Source: a virus
Taxonomy: Duplodnaviria > Caudoviricetes
Virus record (IMG/VR): IMGVR_UViG_3300014656_000009
Location: 1 to 43,416 of that record
Length of the DNA stretch: 43,416 nucleotides
Strand: one strand, 5' to 3'
The position numbers and the translations under genes are program-made. Positions 35,506-43,416 of the stretch are shown here, piece after piece. Within the stretch, counting starts at the first letter, position 1. Each line of letters begins with the position of its first letter. Below the pieces are notes generated by a model, which worked only from the letters and a program-made list of their open reading frames with translations, was not told where the DNA came from and searched no databases.

Positions 35506-36180
35506 ATGCTGCCAAAAACGGGGATTGAATATCTTGACCGAGTTTATAATCCAATAAAGGGACGGTGCCCCACCGACTGCTGGTTTTGCTATATGAAACG
35601 ACCACCTTCCTCTTGGAGTGTAAACACAAATCCAACGTTACGGCTACAAGAGAAAACACTTTATGACCATTTTCCTAAAGAGCCCAGCCATATCGGTGTA
35701 GGCTTTAATATCGAACTCTTCCATCCCGAGATTCCAAGGGAATGGATTCGGCGAATTATAGCTGTGATAGAAGTACGTGGCCAAGATCATATGTTCATTT
35801 TCCTCACCAAATTCCCCGAACGCTACGCCGAATTCGACTTTCCCAAGAACTGCTGGCTGGGGGTGACGGTGACAAATCAATATGACCGAAATTACAGAAC
35901 CGTCGAATTCTTCAAAGCTACAAAGGGCAAAGAGAACCTTCTGTTTGTATCACTTGAACCATATCTAGAAGATATGAGTGCGTGGGGTTTCAATTTTGCC
36001 GATATATCGTGGTTGATTATTGGAGCACTCACCGGCCCAAAAGCTAAGGAATACCGCCCAAAAAGAGAGTGGATCAAGCGACACGTAGAAGAATATAGAA
36101 TTGCTGGTAAACCTATTTTTCTAAAAGATAACATAGCCTCTATCTGGGGCGACAAACTGATACAGGAGATGCCGGAATAG
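35506..36180 (+). CDS. DUF5131 / phage Gp37-Gp68 family (radical-SAM-like) protein
   Basis: TGIEYLD..YNPIKGRCPTDCWFCY, FLTK.P, WLGVTV, FVSLEP, WLIIG and PIFLK motifs. Confidence 0.9.
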   Translation: MLPKTGIEYLDRVYNPIKGRCPTDCWFCYMKRPPSSWSVNTNPTLRLQEKTLYDHFPKEPSHIGVGFNIELFHPEIPREWIRRIIAVIEVRGQDHMFIFLTKFPERYAEFDFPKNCWLGVTVTNQYDRNYRTVEFFKATKGKENLLFVSLEPYLEDMSAWGFNFADISWLIIGALTGPKAKEYRPKREWIKRHVEEYRIAGKPIFLKDNIASIWGDKLIQEMPE

Positions 36181-36188
36181 GAGGAAGC

Positions 36189-36347
36189 ATGAAAAAGATC
36201 AGACTAAAAGTTGGTGATAAGATTGAATTGGATGATAAGACCCGTTGCACTATCAAAGTTATTTTGGCATCAGACAAAACGGGAATGTTAATTAAAGATG
36301 AAACCGGAGAAATCCGTTTTTTCTCGAACGCTCAAGCAAAAAAATAG
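36189..36347 (+). CDS. Hypothetical protein, 52 aa
   Basis: GAGGA RBS; translated by hand (MKKIRLKVGDKIEL...). Confidence 0.6.
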   Translation: MKKIRLKVGDKIELDDKTRCTIKVILASDKTGMLIKDETGEIRFFSNAQAKK

Positions 36348-36398
36348 CCCGACCAGGAGGAGGGGATGCCCAGATCGAAAGAGAATAGAAGAAAGGTC

Positions 36399-36427
36399 TT
36401 GACAAAAAAGGGGCAAAAGTTTATATT
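36399..36427 (+). promoter_or_regulatory. Sigma70-type promoter for the replication gene
   Basis: TTGACA-17 nt-TATATT. Confidence 0.8.
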
Positions 36428-36433
36428 ATCCTC

Positions 36434-36549
36434 GACAGTAGAGATGGCCGATTTTGTTTTGGTCGAGGATAATTCAGACCGTCGGCCACAAGTGTTGAGC
36501 ATAGCTCCGGCTATCTCTACTGTCCACTTGTGAGTTGACGGTCTTTTTT
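36434..36549 (+). promoter_or_regulatory. Attenuator-like leader with a terminator and an alternative 17-bp pairing
   Basis: 36476-36494 pairs with 36525-36544, followed by a T run; 36434-36450 pairs with 36508-36524. Confidence 0.7.
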
Positions 36550-36562
36550 ATTTGGAGGGGAA

Positions 36563-37522
36563 ATGCCCCGCAAACGATTTCACAGCTATGAGCAATACAG
36601 AAAAAAATGGTATAGGCGTTTGTCGATCTGGGCACGTGAACTATGGGACGGTTTGATCGACTTCGCTGACGATGAAGGTTTTGGAAGTGCGGAGCCAGTC
36701 GATCTAAAAGCCGACATTTTCATAGACGATGATTTGACCCTCGAACAGGTCGAAAATTTCCTTCAAGAACTGGTCGAAGCGCAGGAAAAAGACCCGATGG
36801 TTGTAATTTTTGACGTAAAAAACTCCAAAAATTCCGAAGACAGTGATCAGTACTATTGGCTTCCAAAATTTTTCGACTTCCAACCAAAACCAGATTACCC
36901 CACTCCATCGAAAATCGCTAACCTGTTGATAGATATGGGCAAGTTGGACAGTAAGTTTGCACTGTCCATACACCGGAAATTTTCCGTCCGTCATGCCATA
37001 CGTAAGGCAACACGGACGGAGAAAAAGTCCAGTGGTCTTGGTCTTGGTCTTGGTGTAGGTGTTGGTCTTGGTGATAAAAAGAAAAACTCTTGTCGGAGCA
37101 AACCATCCGACCCTCGTGTGACAGAACTCAAAAACTTCTGGATTTGGAAATTCGAGGAGACCTTCGGGGTAGAACCGGCCTTTTCCTTCGGGAGAGACTT
37201 TAAGCTCTTCAAAGACCTTTTGGGCTACGTCGATTCTCAAAAGAAGATACCTGCCGACTGCAAGGTGCTTTTGATCATCAATCTCATGGCTGATTATTTG
37301 GAGAAACAGAAGGAAAGGGATGCTCAGTATAAAAAGACCACTGTGCCCGGGTTCAAGAAAGCCTTTGAGACTTTGATAACTGAAGTGGATTGGGACAATC
37401 CAGACTGGGAAGGAGCCAAGAAAGAATATGGCGATATTAAAAAGGAAATCGGAATACAGCGAAAAGTTAAAGGTGCCGGACCTGACCAGGATGCATCTGA
37501 AGATGCTGCTGTTCAGGAGTAG
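36563..37522 (+). CDS. Phage replication initiator / replisome organiser
   Basis: ARELWDGLIDFADDEGFG N-terminal domain, YYWLPKFFDFQ, a low-complexity GLGLGLG linker and a helical C-domain, the usual layout of lambda O-like initiators. Confidence 0.75.
   Translation: MPRKRFHSYEQYRKKWYRRLSIWARELWDGLIDFADDEGFGSAEPVDLKADIFIDDDLTLEQVENFLQELVEAQEKDPMVVIFDVKNSKNSEDSDQYYWLPKFFDFQPKPDYPTPSKIANLLIDMGKLDSKFALSIHRKFSVRHAIRKATRTEKKSSGLGLGLGVGVGLGDKKKNSCRSKPSDPRVTELKNFWIWKFEETFGVEPAFSFGRDFKLFKDLLGYVDSQKKIPADCKVLLIINLMADYLEKQKERDAQYKKTTVPGFKKAFETLITEVDWDNPDWEGAKKEYGDIKKEIGIQRKVKGAGPDQDASEDAAVQE
37034..37072 (+). repeat. GGT(C/G)T(T/A) hexamer repeats in the initiator linker
   Basis: GGTCTTGGTCTTGGTCTTGGTGTAGGTGTTGGTCTTGGT encodes GLGLGLGVGVGLG. 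Confidence 0.8.
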
Positions 37523-37970
37523 GCAGCACTATGATTCTTGGCTAGTATTTGGAAGTCACCCGGACAGAAAAGCGATATTGGACGTTGGCAACGCCCATAT
37601 TCCTCGAAGCATCTTTGCAGAGTCCATGGGAATGAAGGATGGCTCATTCACTATTCCTAATGATGTCTTAGAGTTGGTCTCCACTCCACCAGAAGTTATT
37701 AGCTCTCGTGGATTTACAGAATCAGACCTGAAAAAAATCCAGCTTGAATATCTTCTTTATCAATCAGAGGCAGATGCAGGGCAATGCCCATTCTGTCGGG
37801 TGCATCGAGACATTCATCTAATGCAGGTTCTATCGCCTCATTTTGTGACTTATGGGATTGAAAAGGGTGGAGTTAGCTGTCCCTGCATTCACCTTTGTTT
37901 TGAAGATGGGTTTGAAGTCTTAGGCCAGGCGGACTGGATTCGGAACTTGAAGAAGGCAGGAAATTATTGA
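37428..37970 (+). CDS. Hypothetical protein with C-terminal Cys/His cluster
   Basis: CPFC...CPCIH; lies where a helicase loader often sits, but no ATPase motif is visible. Confidence 0.6.
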   Translation: MAILKRKSEYSEKLKVPDLTRMHLKMLLFRSRQHYDSWLVFGSHPDRKAILDVGNAHIPRSIFAESMGMKDGSFTIPNDVLELVSTPPEVISSRGFTESDLKKIQLEYLLYQSEADAGQCPFCRVHRDIHLMQVLSPHFVTYGIEKGGVSCPCIHLCFEDGFEVLGQADWIRNLKKAGNY

Positions 37971-38000
37971 GGCGCAGGACATGAGCAAGCTGAAAGGAGA

Positions 38001-38618
38001 ATGTTGTTAAACGAAACGAAAATAATTCTTGATCTCTGTGGTGGCACTGGTGCATGGAGCAAACCGTATGCGAATGCGGGGTATGATGTGCGGATTATTA
38101 CGTTGCCGGAACATGATGTGCGGTCATACGAACCACCAGATAATGTTTATGGTATTTTAGCTGCTCCACCCTGTAGGGTTTTCAGTCGAGCAGCCTGGAA
38201 AATACCAAAAGGGGAAAAAGATTTTAAGTCAGGCATGGAAACGGTTCGGGCTTGCCTAGATATAATTTGGAGAATCCAATCAAACGGTATACCGCTGAGA
38301 TTTTGGGCACTCGAAAATCCAATGGGTTTTCTTTACAATTTTTTGGGTTGGCCGGCCTTCATTTTTCAGGGTTGGCAAATGGGAGAGACCGGAACGGGTC
38401 GTACGAAAAGATATGCAATTTGGGGATACTTCAAACCACCAAACAAAAGAGTAAAAAGACGTCCCAAAGATTTACCACCTACTCGGCAGAGTCATAGTGA
38501 TTGGTATTCTCCCAAGCGACCACAATGGGTGGATGCAGATTTACCGCTAACAAGGGCTGATATAAGGGCTATCACTCCCGCCGGTTTTGCCCAAGAATTC
38601 TTTGAGGCGAATCCATGA
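38001..38618 (+). CDS. C5 cytosine DNA methyltransferase-like protein (short form)
   Basis: ILDLCGGTG (motif I), ILAAPPCRVFS (catalytic PC), WALENP (motif VI), RAITPAGFA. Confidence 0.85.
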   Translation: MLLNETKIILDLCGGTGAWSKPYANAGYDVRIITLPEHDVRSYEPPDNVYGILAAPPCRVFSRAAWKIPKGEKDFKSGMETVRACLDIIWRIQSNGIPLRFWALENPMGFLYNFLGWPAFIFQGWQMGETGTGRTKRYAIWGYFKPPNKRVKRRPKDLPPTRQSHSDWYSPKRPQWVDADLPLTRADIRAITPAGFAQEFFEANP

Positions 38619-38702
38619 GCAAGCTGGTTAGCGAAGAGCCATTGGATAAGTGACATGACCGCCTCGCCCAAGAGATTTTGAACCTGAAAACAGGAGGTTG
38701 AT

Positions 38703-39005
38703 ATGAAAGTCGTGGATGCAGACAGAATCAATGAGTTCTTGGGGTATTGGGAAAAACAAATACCCTTTCCAGCAAGCACTGAATTGAGACAAATGATGAT
38801 AGAATCTTTTGAAGTCCGCTCTCCCGAAGAGATCAAGCGGGCAAGGAAGGAGTTCAAGGCAATTATGAATAATCCCGGAGATCCGTATGTGGGGGCAATT
38901 GCAAAACAATTTTATGAGTTATGTCTTTGGTTCCAAGATAAATCTCAAAAGCGATGGAGCTTTGACCCGCCTTCGGATAAGGAGGAAAAGGAGGAAAAGC
39001 CATGA
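38703..39005 (+). CDS. Hypothetical protein, 100 aa
   Basis: AGGAGG RBS. Confidence 0.7.
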   Translation: MKVVDADRINEFLGYWEKQIPFPASTELRQMMIESFEVRSPEEIKRARKEFKAIMNNPGDPYVGAIAKQFYELCLWFQDKSQKRWSFDPPSDKEEKEEKP

Positions 39006-39328
39006 CTGACCGAACAAAGATTAAACTATTCTGTATCATGCTTGGTATTGTCGTACCCATTATCATTTTCGCCTGTCTGCTCTTCGTCAAGGCCAGCCGA
39101 GGGCAGGAACTAACCGAGACTGTCGAGACCACGCACGTCGTAATAGAGGCTTATCTGTTGCCTGGTTCTATGCCCCAAGACAAGGTTAGATTATACCTGC
39201 CCATAAATCGCCTGTTCCCATATTATAGGCCAGACTATGGGGGGGACTGGCGTATAATCGTGGATGGCCTTCGGTTCTACATGGAAGAGGAACCAAGTTG
39301 GTGGAAGGAGGACAAGACCGATGAATAA
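39002..39328 (+). CDS. Membrane-anchored or exported protein
   Basis: Long hydrophobic N-terminus (LFCIMLGIVVPIIIFACLLFV) then KASRG-Q. Confidence 0.65.
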   Translation: MTDRTKIKLFCIMLGIVVPIIIFACLLFVKASRGQELTETVETTHVVIEAYLLPGSMPQDKVRLYLPINRLFPYYRPDYGGDWRIIVDGLRFYMEEEPSWWKEDKTDE

Positions 39329-39503
39329 CATTCCAGGTCAAAGCGCAGTTAAGACCACAAAGCAGAAAGAGAGGGAATGGGAAGTTCCTGCACTCAAGCA
39401 GAACCTACATGACATTCTACAACGTTTTTGGGACTTGGGTTATCGAGAGTTAACCATTGGCAAGATCAAGATTGATCTGAAAAAGGCTTTTGGAAAAGAA
39501 TGA
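39321..39503 (+). CDS. Hypothetical protein, 60 aa (start corrected)
   Basis: AAGGAGG RBS before ATG 39321. Confidence 0.6.
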   Translation: MNNIPGQSAVKTTKQKEREWEVPALKQNLHDILQRFWDLGYRELTIGKIKIDLKKAFGKE

Positions 39504-39789
39504 GAGGAAAAGAGTGGGTTTGAAAAAGCCGGGACCCGAAGCGTTCCATCCAGGGGAGTATGTACGCGATGAATTGTTTGCCCGTAGGTGGAGTGAGGTT
39601 CACCTGATGGAGAAAAGTCATTTGACGTGGAGGGAGGTAGTTCGATTAGTACATGGGGAATGCCCCGTAACGTCCAGAATGGCTAAGGCTCTCGGCAAAG
39701 CCTTTGGTACCGGCTCGGAGGTTTGGCTGAATCTGCAAAAAGGCTATGATGCAATTAAAGCAATCAAGGGGACGGAGAAGAAAAGATGA
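39490..39789 (+). CDS. higA: HigA/VapI-like HTH protein (orphan antitoxin-like)
   Basis: FHPGEYVRDEL...VTSRMAKALGKAFGTGSEVWLNLQ..YD signature. Confidence 0.85.
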   Translation: MEKNERKRVGLKKPGPEAFHPGEYVRDELFARRWSEVHLMEKSHLTWREVVRLVHGECPVTSRMAKALGKAFGTGSEVWLNLQKGYDAIKAIKGTEKKR

Positions 39790-39941
39790 ACGATCCAAAT
39801 GTCTTTGAAATCATGGCAAACAGTCCTGCCGGCTTAATTCTTGGTGTGCTAATGCTTTTTGCTTTGGGTGTAGTATTGGGTGTAATTTACTGCATCTATG
39901 ATGATCTGAAACAACGTTTCAGGGCGTGGAGGAAAAGATGA
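39786..39941 (+). CDS. Small single-TM protein, 51 aa
   Basis: ATGA coupling at both ends; GLILGVLMLFALGVVLGVIYCIY. Confidence 0.6.
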   Translation: MNDPNVFEIMANSPAGLILGVLMLFALGVVLGVIYCIYDDLKQRFRAWRKR

Positions 39942-40237
39942 ATAGAAACTATCGGGCCGGATACCTGGCGGAGCAGGACATCCGTAAGAAGTTTAAACCA
40001 CCAAGATATACGACCATGAGGAGTGCGGGATCACATGGTCCCTTTGATGTGATCGTATTTGACCATAAAGAGCCGGAGATCCATCTGATTCAAGCTAAGA
40101 AGATGAAGAAGTGGAGTGAATTGGTGGTCAAGAAAACGATCGAAATGCTAGAAAAAGTCGTGGTTCCGATCTCCTGTGTAAAGGAGTTGTGGGTGAAAAT
40201 TCCTCGGCAAAAATGGATAACTAGACACGTGGAATAA
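39938..40237 (+). CDS. Hjc-type (PD-D/ExK) Holliday junction resolvase
   Basis: NYRAGYLAEQ...RSAGSHGPFDVI...LIQAK; GGAGG RBS. Confidence 0.85.
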   Translation: MNRNYRAGYLAEQDIRKKFKPPRYTTMRSAGSHGPFDVIVFDHKEPEIHLIQAKKMKKWSELVVKKTIEMLEKVVVPISCVKELWVKIPRQKWITRHVE

Positions 40238-40254
40238 ATCTTGAACCGGGAGGA

Positions 40255-40458
40255 GTGATGAGAAGACCACGACACGAATTAGAATACAGAAACACTTTGG
40301 ATAGTCTGAAATCGTGGCTGGTGAGACAGCGAGATACAAAGAACTCTTCGGAGATATTAGCCTTCTCTCCAAAGAGAGTTTTAGATAAGATCGCTGAAAT
40401 TTGGGAACGAAAATCAAAAGAAAGAAGAGATCTAAACTCAGATCTTAGGCGTTTTTAA
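40255..40458 (+). CDS. Hypothetical protein
   Basis: GGGAGGAG RBS. Confidence 0.55.
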   Translation: MMRRPRHELEYRNTLDSLKSWLVRQRDTKNSSEILAFSPKRVLDKIAEIWERKSKERRDLNSDLRRF

Positions 40459-40493
40459 TCCCCTGCACATCTAGAGGGAAGAAAGGACGGTGA

Positions 40494-40679
40494 ATGATGA
40501 AAGCTCTTTATTGGATTAGCGTAGTTTGTGCAGCAGTCGGAGTAGTCTTGATCCTTTTAGGATTAGCTTTTGCAAAGGATCATCTTTGTCTTGGCGGGGG
40601 TATTATTTCTATTCAGGGTTTTATCGCCTTTGGTATGTGGATTGCTTTCGAGGAAACTATTTGGAGATTAAAAAGTTAA
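40494..40679 (+). CDS. Small 2-TM membrane protein
   Basis: Two hydrophobic helices; AAGGA RBS. Confidence 0.65.
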   Translation: MMKALYWISVVCAAVGVVLILLGLAFAKDHLCLGGGIISIQGFIAFGMWIAFEETIWRLKS

Positions 40680-40921
40680 AAACCTAATCCCCTTGAATAG
40701 CCCCGCTCATGGATGAGCAGGCAAGGAAAGGAGGGCTGAGCCGATGCGAACGTGGATTTGAGGTCAGAAAAAGAATTAGACACCAATAGACTTTTCAAAA
40801 CCGTACCTATGTTTAGATTTACTTAACCTAGCAAAGACAGAATCCGGCTCCCGTTCGGGCAAGACAGCAGATCTCCCCTCAAATAGAAGAGCGGGGGCCG
40901 GAGAAAAGATGAGGGCGAAGA

Positions 40922-41161
40922 TTGGATGAAAGTTTGAATGGCTGGACTTACCATCGGGGCAATAAGGCTTTATTAGAGAATAAAGAGTTAAGTCGCTTGA
41001 CAAAATTGTTTCGTAACGAGAGCTTCGATTTTGCTATTAAGGATTTGGAGCGTGGAGGCATTCTCTGGGTGATTCTGAAAAGGAAAGGCCACTACTGGAA
41101 CGCTGGGAAAAAACGACCGACTGTAGATTATGCTCTTTTTAGAGAGGTCAAAGTAACCTAA
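40922..41161 (+). CDS. Hypothetical protein, 79 aa
   Basis: GAGGG upstream of TTG. Confidence 0.5.
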   Translation: MDESLNGWTYHRGNKALLENKELSRLTKLFRNESFDFAIKDLERGGILWVILKRKGHYWNAGKKRPTVDYALFREVKVT

Positions 41162-41170
41162 ATTTTTTTC

Positions 41171-41199
41171 TTGACAAGCTCAAAACAAGAACGTATTGG
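41171..41199 (+). promoter_or_regulatory. Candidate promoter of the packaging/late operon
   Basis: T-rich upstream sequence, TTGACA-17 nt-TATTGG (weak -10). Confidence 0.45.
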
Positions 41200-41297
41200 T
41201 TGATAGAAGGAATGGACGTACCGTCGAGCCGAGAGTTTGGATGCATGGGTGGCGAGACTATTGGATGTACTCGCCACCCGATTAAATCGATGTAAGT

Positions 41298-41894
41298 ATG
41301 AAAAACTCAAAGAACCGTTCAAAGGGAAAATCCAGCACGATGGTATCCAACAAAAAGCCTAGGCGTGAAAATGTTTTGGGCGATGCACATGAGGATTTTA
41401 TCTTTGAGCAACGCAGGCTTGGAGTTTCATATCGGAAGATTACACAACGGTTAATAGAAACTGAAGAATTTCCAGACATTAGGAGCCTTCACCATGATAC
41501 CGTTTTTGAATATTTTAAGAAACGAATTGAGCAATATCAAGCTGATCTTCTGAATCTCAAAAGTGTACGTTCTGCGAACGCTAAGTGTCGGCTTTCAGAG
41601 TTGGAGCAAGTCAAGGATAAATTCAGGGATAGATTGATTGAGTTTTTGGGTCTGAGTGCACGAGACTTAAAGGAGTTGCAGATTTCGTTTCTTGTGTCTC
41701 AATATGTCAATCTCATGGATCAGATCAGAACCGAGTGTGGAGATAAGGCCAAAGACAAAAATGGGGAACCACATAAACAGACGGTTATTCACATTATTAA
41801 CACTATTCCTGGGATGTTTGCTGATGGAGACAAGCGTAATCCAAGCGCAGAGAATACCGCAGCCCGGAGTGGATTTCGGCTGGATCGAATCTGA
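41298..41894 (+). CDS. terS: Terminase small subunit
   Basis: HTH-like N-domain (GVSYRKIT), helical middle and beta-strand tail (TVIHIIN); directly upstream of TerL. Confidence 0.7.
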   Translation: MKNSKNRSKGKSSTMVSNKKPRRENVLGDAHEDFIFEQRRLGVSYRKITQRLIETEEFPDIRSLHHDTVFEYFKKRIEQYQADLLNLKSVRSANAKCRLSELEQVKDKFRDRLIEFLGLSARDLKELQISFLVSQYVNLMDQIRTECGDKAKDKNGEPHKQTVIHIINTIPGMFADGDKRNPSAENTAARSGFRLDRI

Positions 41895-43248
41895 ACACCG
41901 CTTCAAGGTGTTCGATCCGAAGCCGAAACAACAGGAATTTATTCTAACTAAAAAAAAGTATTCTACTTTCATTGGTGCTTTTCGTAGTGGCAAGAGCCTG
42001 GCAGCCAGTTTCAAGGCCTATGCGTTGAGTTTTAACTATCCTGGGAATGTTGGACTGATCTGCCGAAAGGATTATACTACGCTGAGAGATTCCACGATGC
42101 AGACCCTTTTTGGGATTATTCCTCCTGAGTCTCCCCTTGTGGTCAAGTGGAATGAAAGCACCCATGACCTTTGGCTAAAAACTAAAGATCCCAAAAAGCC
42201 GAGTCATATTATGTTTCGTGGGGCTGATGAATACAAAAAATTTGGATCCTATGAACTGGGTTGGTTTTGGATTGATCAGTCCGAGGAAATATCGGAGATG
42301 GTGTTTAACCAGCTTTCGGGCCGTCTCTCGAAGCCGGGCGTTCCCCTTTGCGGTATGCAGACACCCAATCCCCCTGGACAATATCATTGGCTGTATCGAC
42401 GGTTCAAGAAGAATTTTAATCCAGAGACAGACTTTGTGTGCCATACTTCGAGCTATGATAATCGGGAAAACCTGCCAGACGGCTATATCGAAGACTTGGA
42501 ATCGCATTCTGAACAATGGAAGAGAGCTTTTTTGTATGGTGAGTGGTCATTTGTTGCCGAAGGTGATCCGGTCTATGCCGATTTCCGCGAAGATATTCAT
42601 GTCGCAAAGGCTCCCATTACAGTCTTTGAAGGGGTTCACGTTGTTCGGAGCATCGATCCTGGTTATCTTTTCCCTGCTTGTGGATGGTTTCAATACATTC
42701 CCGGAAAGGACAGGACGCATAAATTGGCAGAGCTTATGGTCCCGAATACGACCGCAGACGCGTTCGCTGATATGATTTTAGAGTTTGAGCTTAAACGCTT
42801 TCCACAAGTCCCCCTTGAGCATTTTGAGAACGTTGGTGATCCGTATTTTTTGGATCAGAAGACTGATAAGTCAGAGGCAACGTCAAGAGAGATTTTCGCT
42901 TCAAAGGGTATTAGCCCGATTATTACAAGTCCAGCCTATGTCAAAGATGGGCTTAACTTAATTCGTCGCCAGCTCCTTGTCCGAGATGATGGCCTCCCGG
43001 CTTATATAATCGATCCATCGTGTGAACTTACTCAACAAGCCTATCTGGGAGGTTACTTTCTCAAGAAGGATTTAGATACACCAGACGACAAATGTCACCC
43101 TTATTGTGATATTGCGGATACCGACAGATATTTTTTTATGAATAAGGTGCAAATAACTCAACCAATAGCAATGAGAGTGAAGACCGCATATGATCGTCAG
43201 AAATCCATCATTACTCATTTCAGTCAAGGGGTGAGAAATAGAGCGTAA
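41824..43248 (+). CDS. terL: Terminase large subunit (probable start ATG 41824)
   Basis: PKQQEF, Walker A GAFRSGKS, Walker B FWIDQSEE, TPNPP coupling motif, DNRENLP, SIDPG nuclease motif and late HPYCDIADTDRY. Confidence 0.93.
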   Translation: METSVIQAQRIPQPGVDFGWIESEHRFKVFDPKPKQQEFILTKKKYSTFIGAFRSGKSLAASFKAYALSFNYPGNVGLICRKDYTTLRDSTMQTLFGIIPPESPLVVKWNESTHDLWLKTKDPKKPSHIMFRGADEYKKFGSYELGWFWIDQSEEISEMVFNQLSGRLSKPGVPLCGMQTPNPPGQYHWLYRRFKKNFNPETDFVCHTSSYDNRENLPDGYIEDLESHSEQWKRAFLYGEWSFVAEGDPVYADFREDIHVAKAPITVFEGVHVVRSIDPGYLFPACGWFQYIPGKDRTHKLAELMVPNTTADAFADMILEFELKRFPQVPLEHFENVGDPYFLDQKTDKSEATSREIFASKGISPIITSPAYVKDGLNLIRRQLLVRDDGLPAYIIDPSCELTQQAYLGGYFLKKDLDTPDDKCHPYCDIADTDRYFFMNKVQITQPIAMRVKTAYDRQKSIITHFSQGVRNRA

Positions 43249-43416
43249 TGACAACTCAATTTGAAAATACTAAATGGGTGAAATTGGTCAACCGGCGATT
43301 CAAAGAAGCCGACGAAAACGCTCAGAGTCATTTTCTGAAATTTCAGCGGTTCGATGCTCTCTGGGATGGTCGTTTGCCCAACGAATTTATGGCTATCTTC
43401 CAACAGCCGGAATTCA
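43248..43416 (+). CDS. Portal protein, 5' part (MTTQFENTKWVKLVNRRFKEADEN...)
   Basis: TAATG overlap with the TerL stop; in frame with ORF 81-1940 through the repeat. Confidence 0.85.
   Translation, partial: MTTQFENTKWVKLVNRRFKEADENAQSHFLKFQRFDALWDGRLPNEFMAIFQQPEF
43294..43416. repeat. Terminal direct repeat, right copy
   Basis: Identical to 1-123. Confidence 0.97.

Noticed and set aside
39321-39789. Complete HigBA toxin-antitoxin pair
   Set aside because: Neither neighbour of the HigA-like gene shows RelE/HigB features.
41761-41850. Signal-peptide-like stretch (MGNHINRRLFTLLTLFLGCLLMETSVIQAQ) in frame upstream of TerL
   Set aside because: It overlaps the terS C-terminal strand in another frame. 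ATG 41824 is a more economical start, and a packaging ATPase must act in the cytoplasm. Treated as a shadow-frame coincidence, though a SignalP and homologue check is cheap.
840-43254. Many minus-strand ORFs in the track (e.g. 840-1313, 17826-18464, 32365-32907, 36704-37240)
   Set aside because: They lie opposite well-supported + strand genes and have no recognisable motifs; treated as shadow ORFs.
1-43416. Stop-codon reassignment
   Set aside because: Long genes are intact under the standard code, and TAA, TAG and TGA all end genes at sensible boundaries.

Overview
The window is a complete, circularly assembled 43,293-bp genome of a tailed phage with podovirus-like (P22/crAss-like short-tail) gene order. 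Bases 1-123 repeat exactly at 43294-43416, and the portal gene runs across the join. Almost all genes are on the + strand. The late module runs small and large terminase, portal, scaffold, major capsid, accessory head proteins, four paralogous adaptor/ring proteins, tail nozzle, three ejection proteins, a membrane-protein cluster with an outer-membrane beta-barrel, a TylF/NovP-like methyltransferase and five tailspike/fibre-like proteins. The early module (about 28.8-41.2 kb) holds zinc-finger ORFs, an AbrB-like regulator, an HNH nuclease, a single-strand annealing protein, DUF5131, a replication initiator, a C5 DNA methyltransferase, a HigA-like HTH protein and an Hjc-type resolvase. I recognise no integrase, repressor, DNA polymerase or endolysin. 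The main observation is that nine tail-side structural proteins (three of four rings, the nozzle and all five spike/fibre proteins) begin with classical cleavable Sec signal peptides. Head, first-ring and ejection proteins do not. The exported set is rich in D-(S/T)-hydrophobic motifs matching the Bacteroidota O-glycosylation sequon. I infer a split morphogenesis pathway in which the tail matures outside the cytoplasm. A tRNA-shaped ncRNA with a tetraloop in place of the anticodon loop and several attenuator-like RNA structures are also present. All family calls come from reading motifs by eye, not from database searches.
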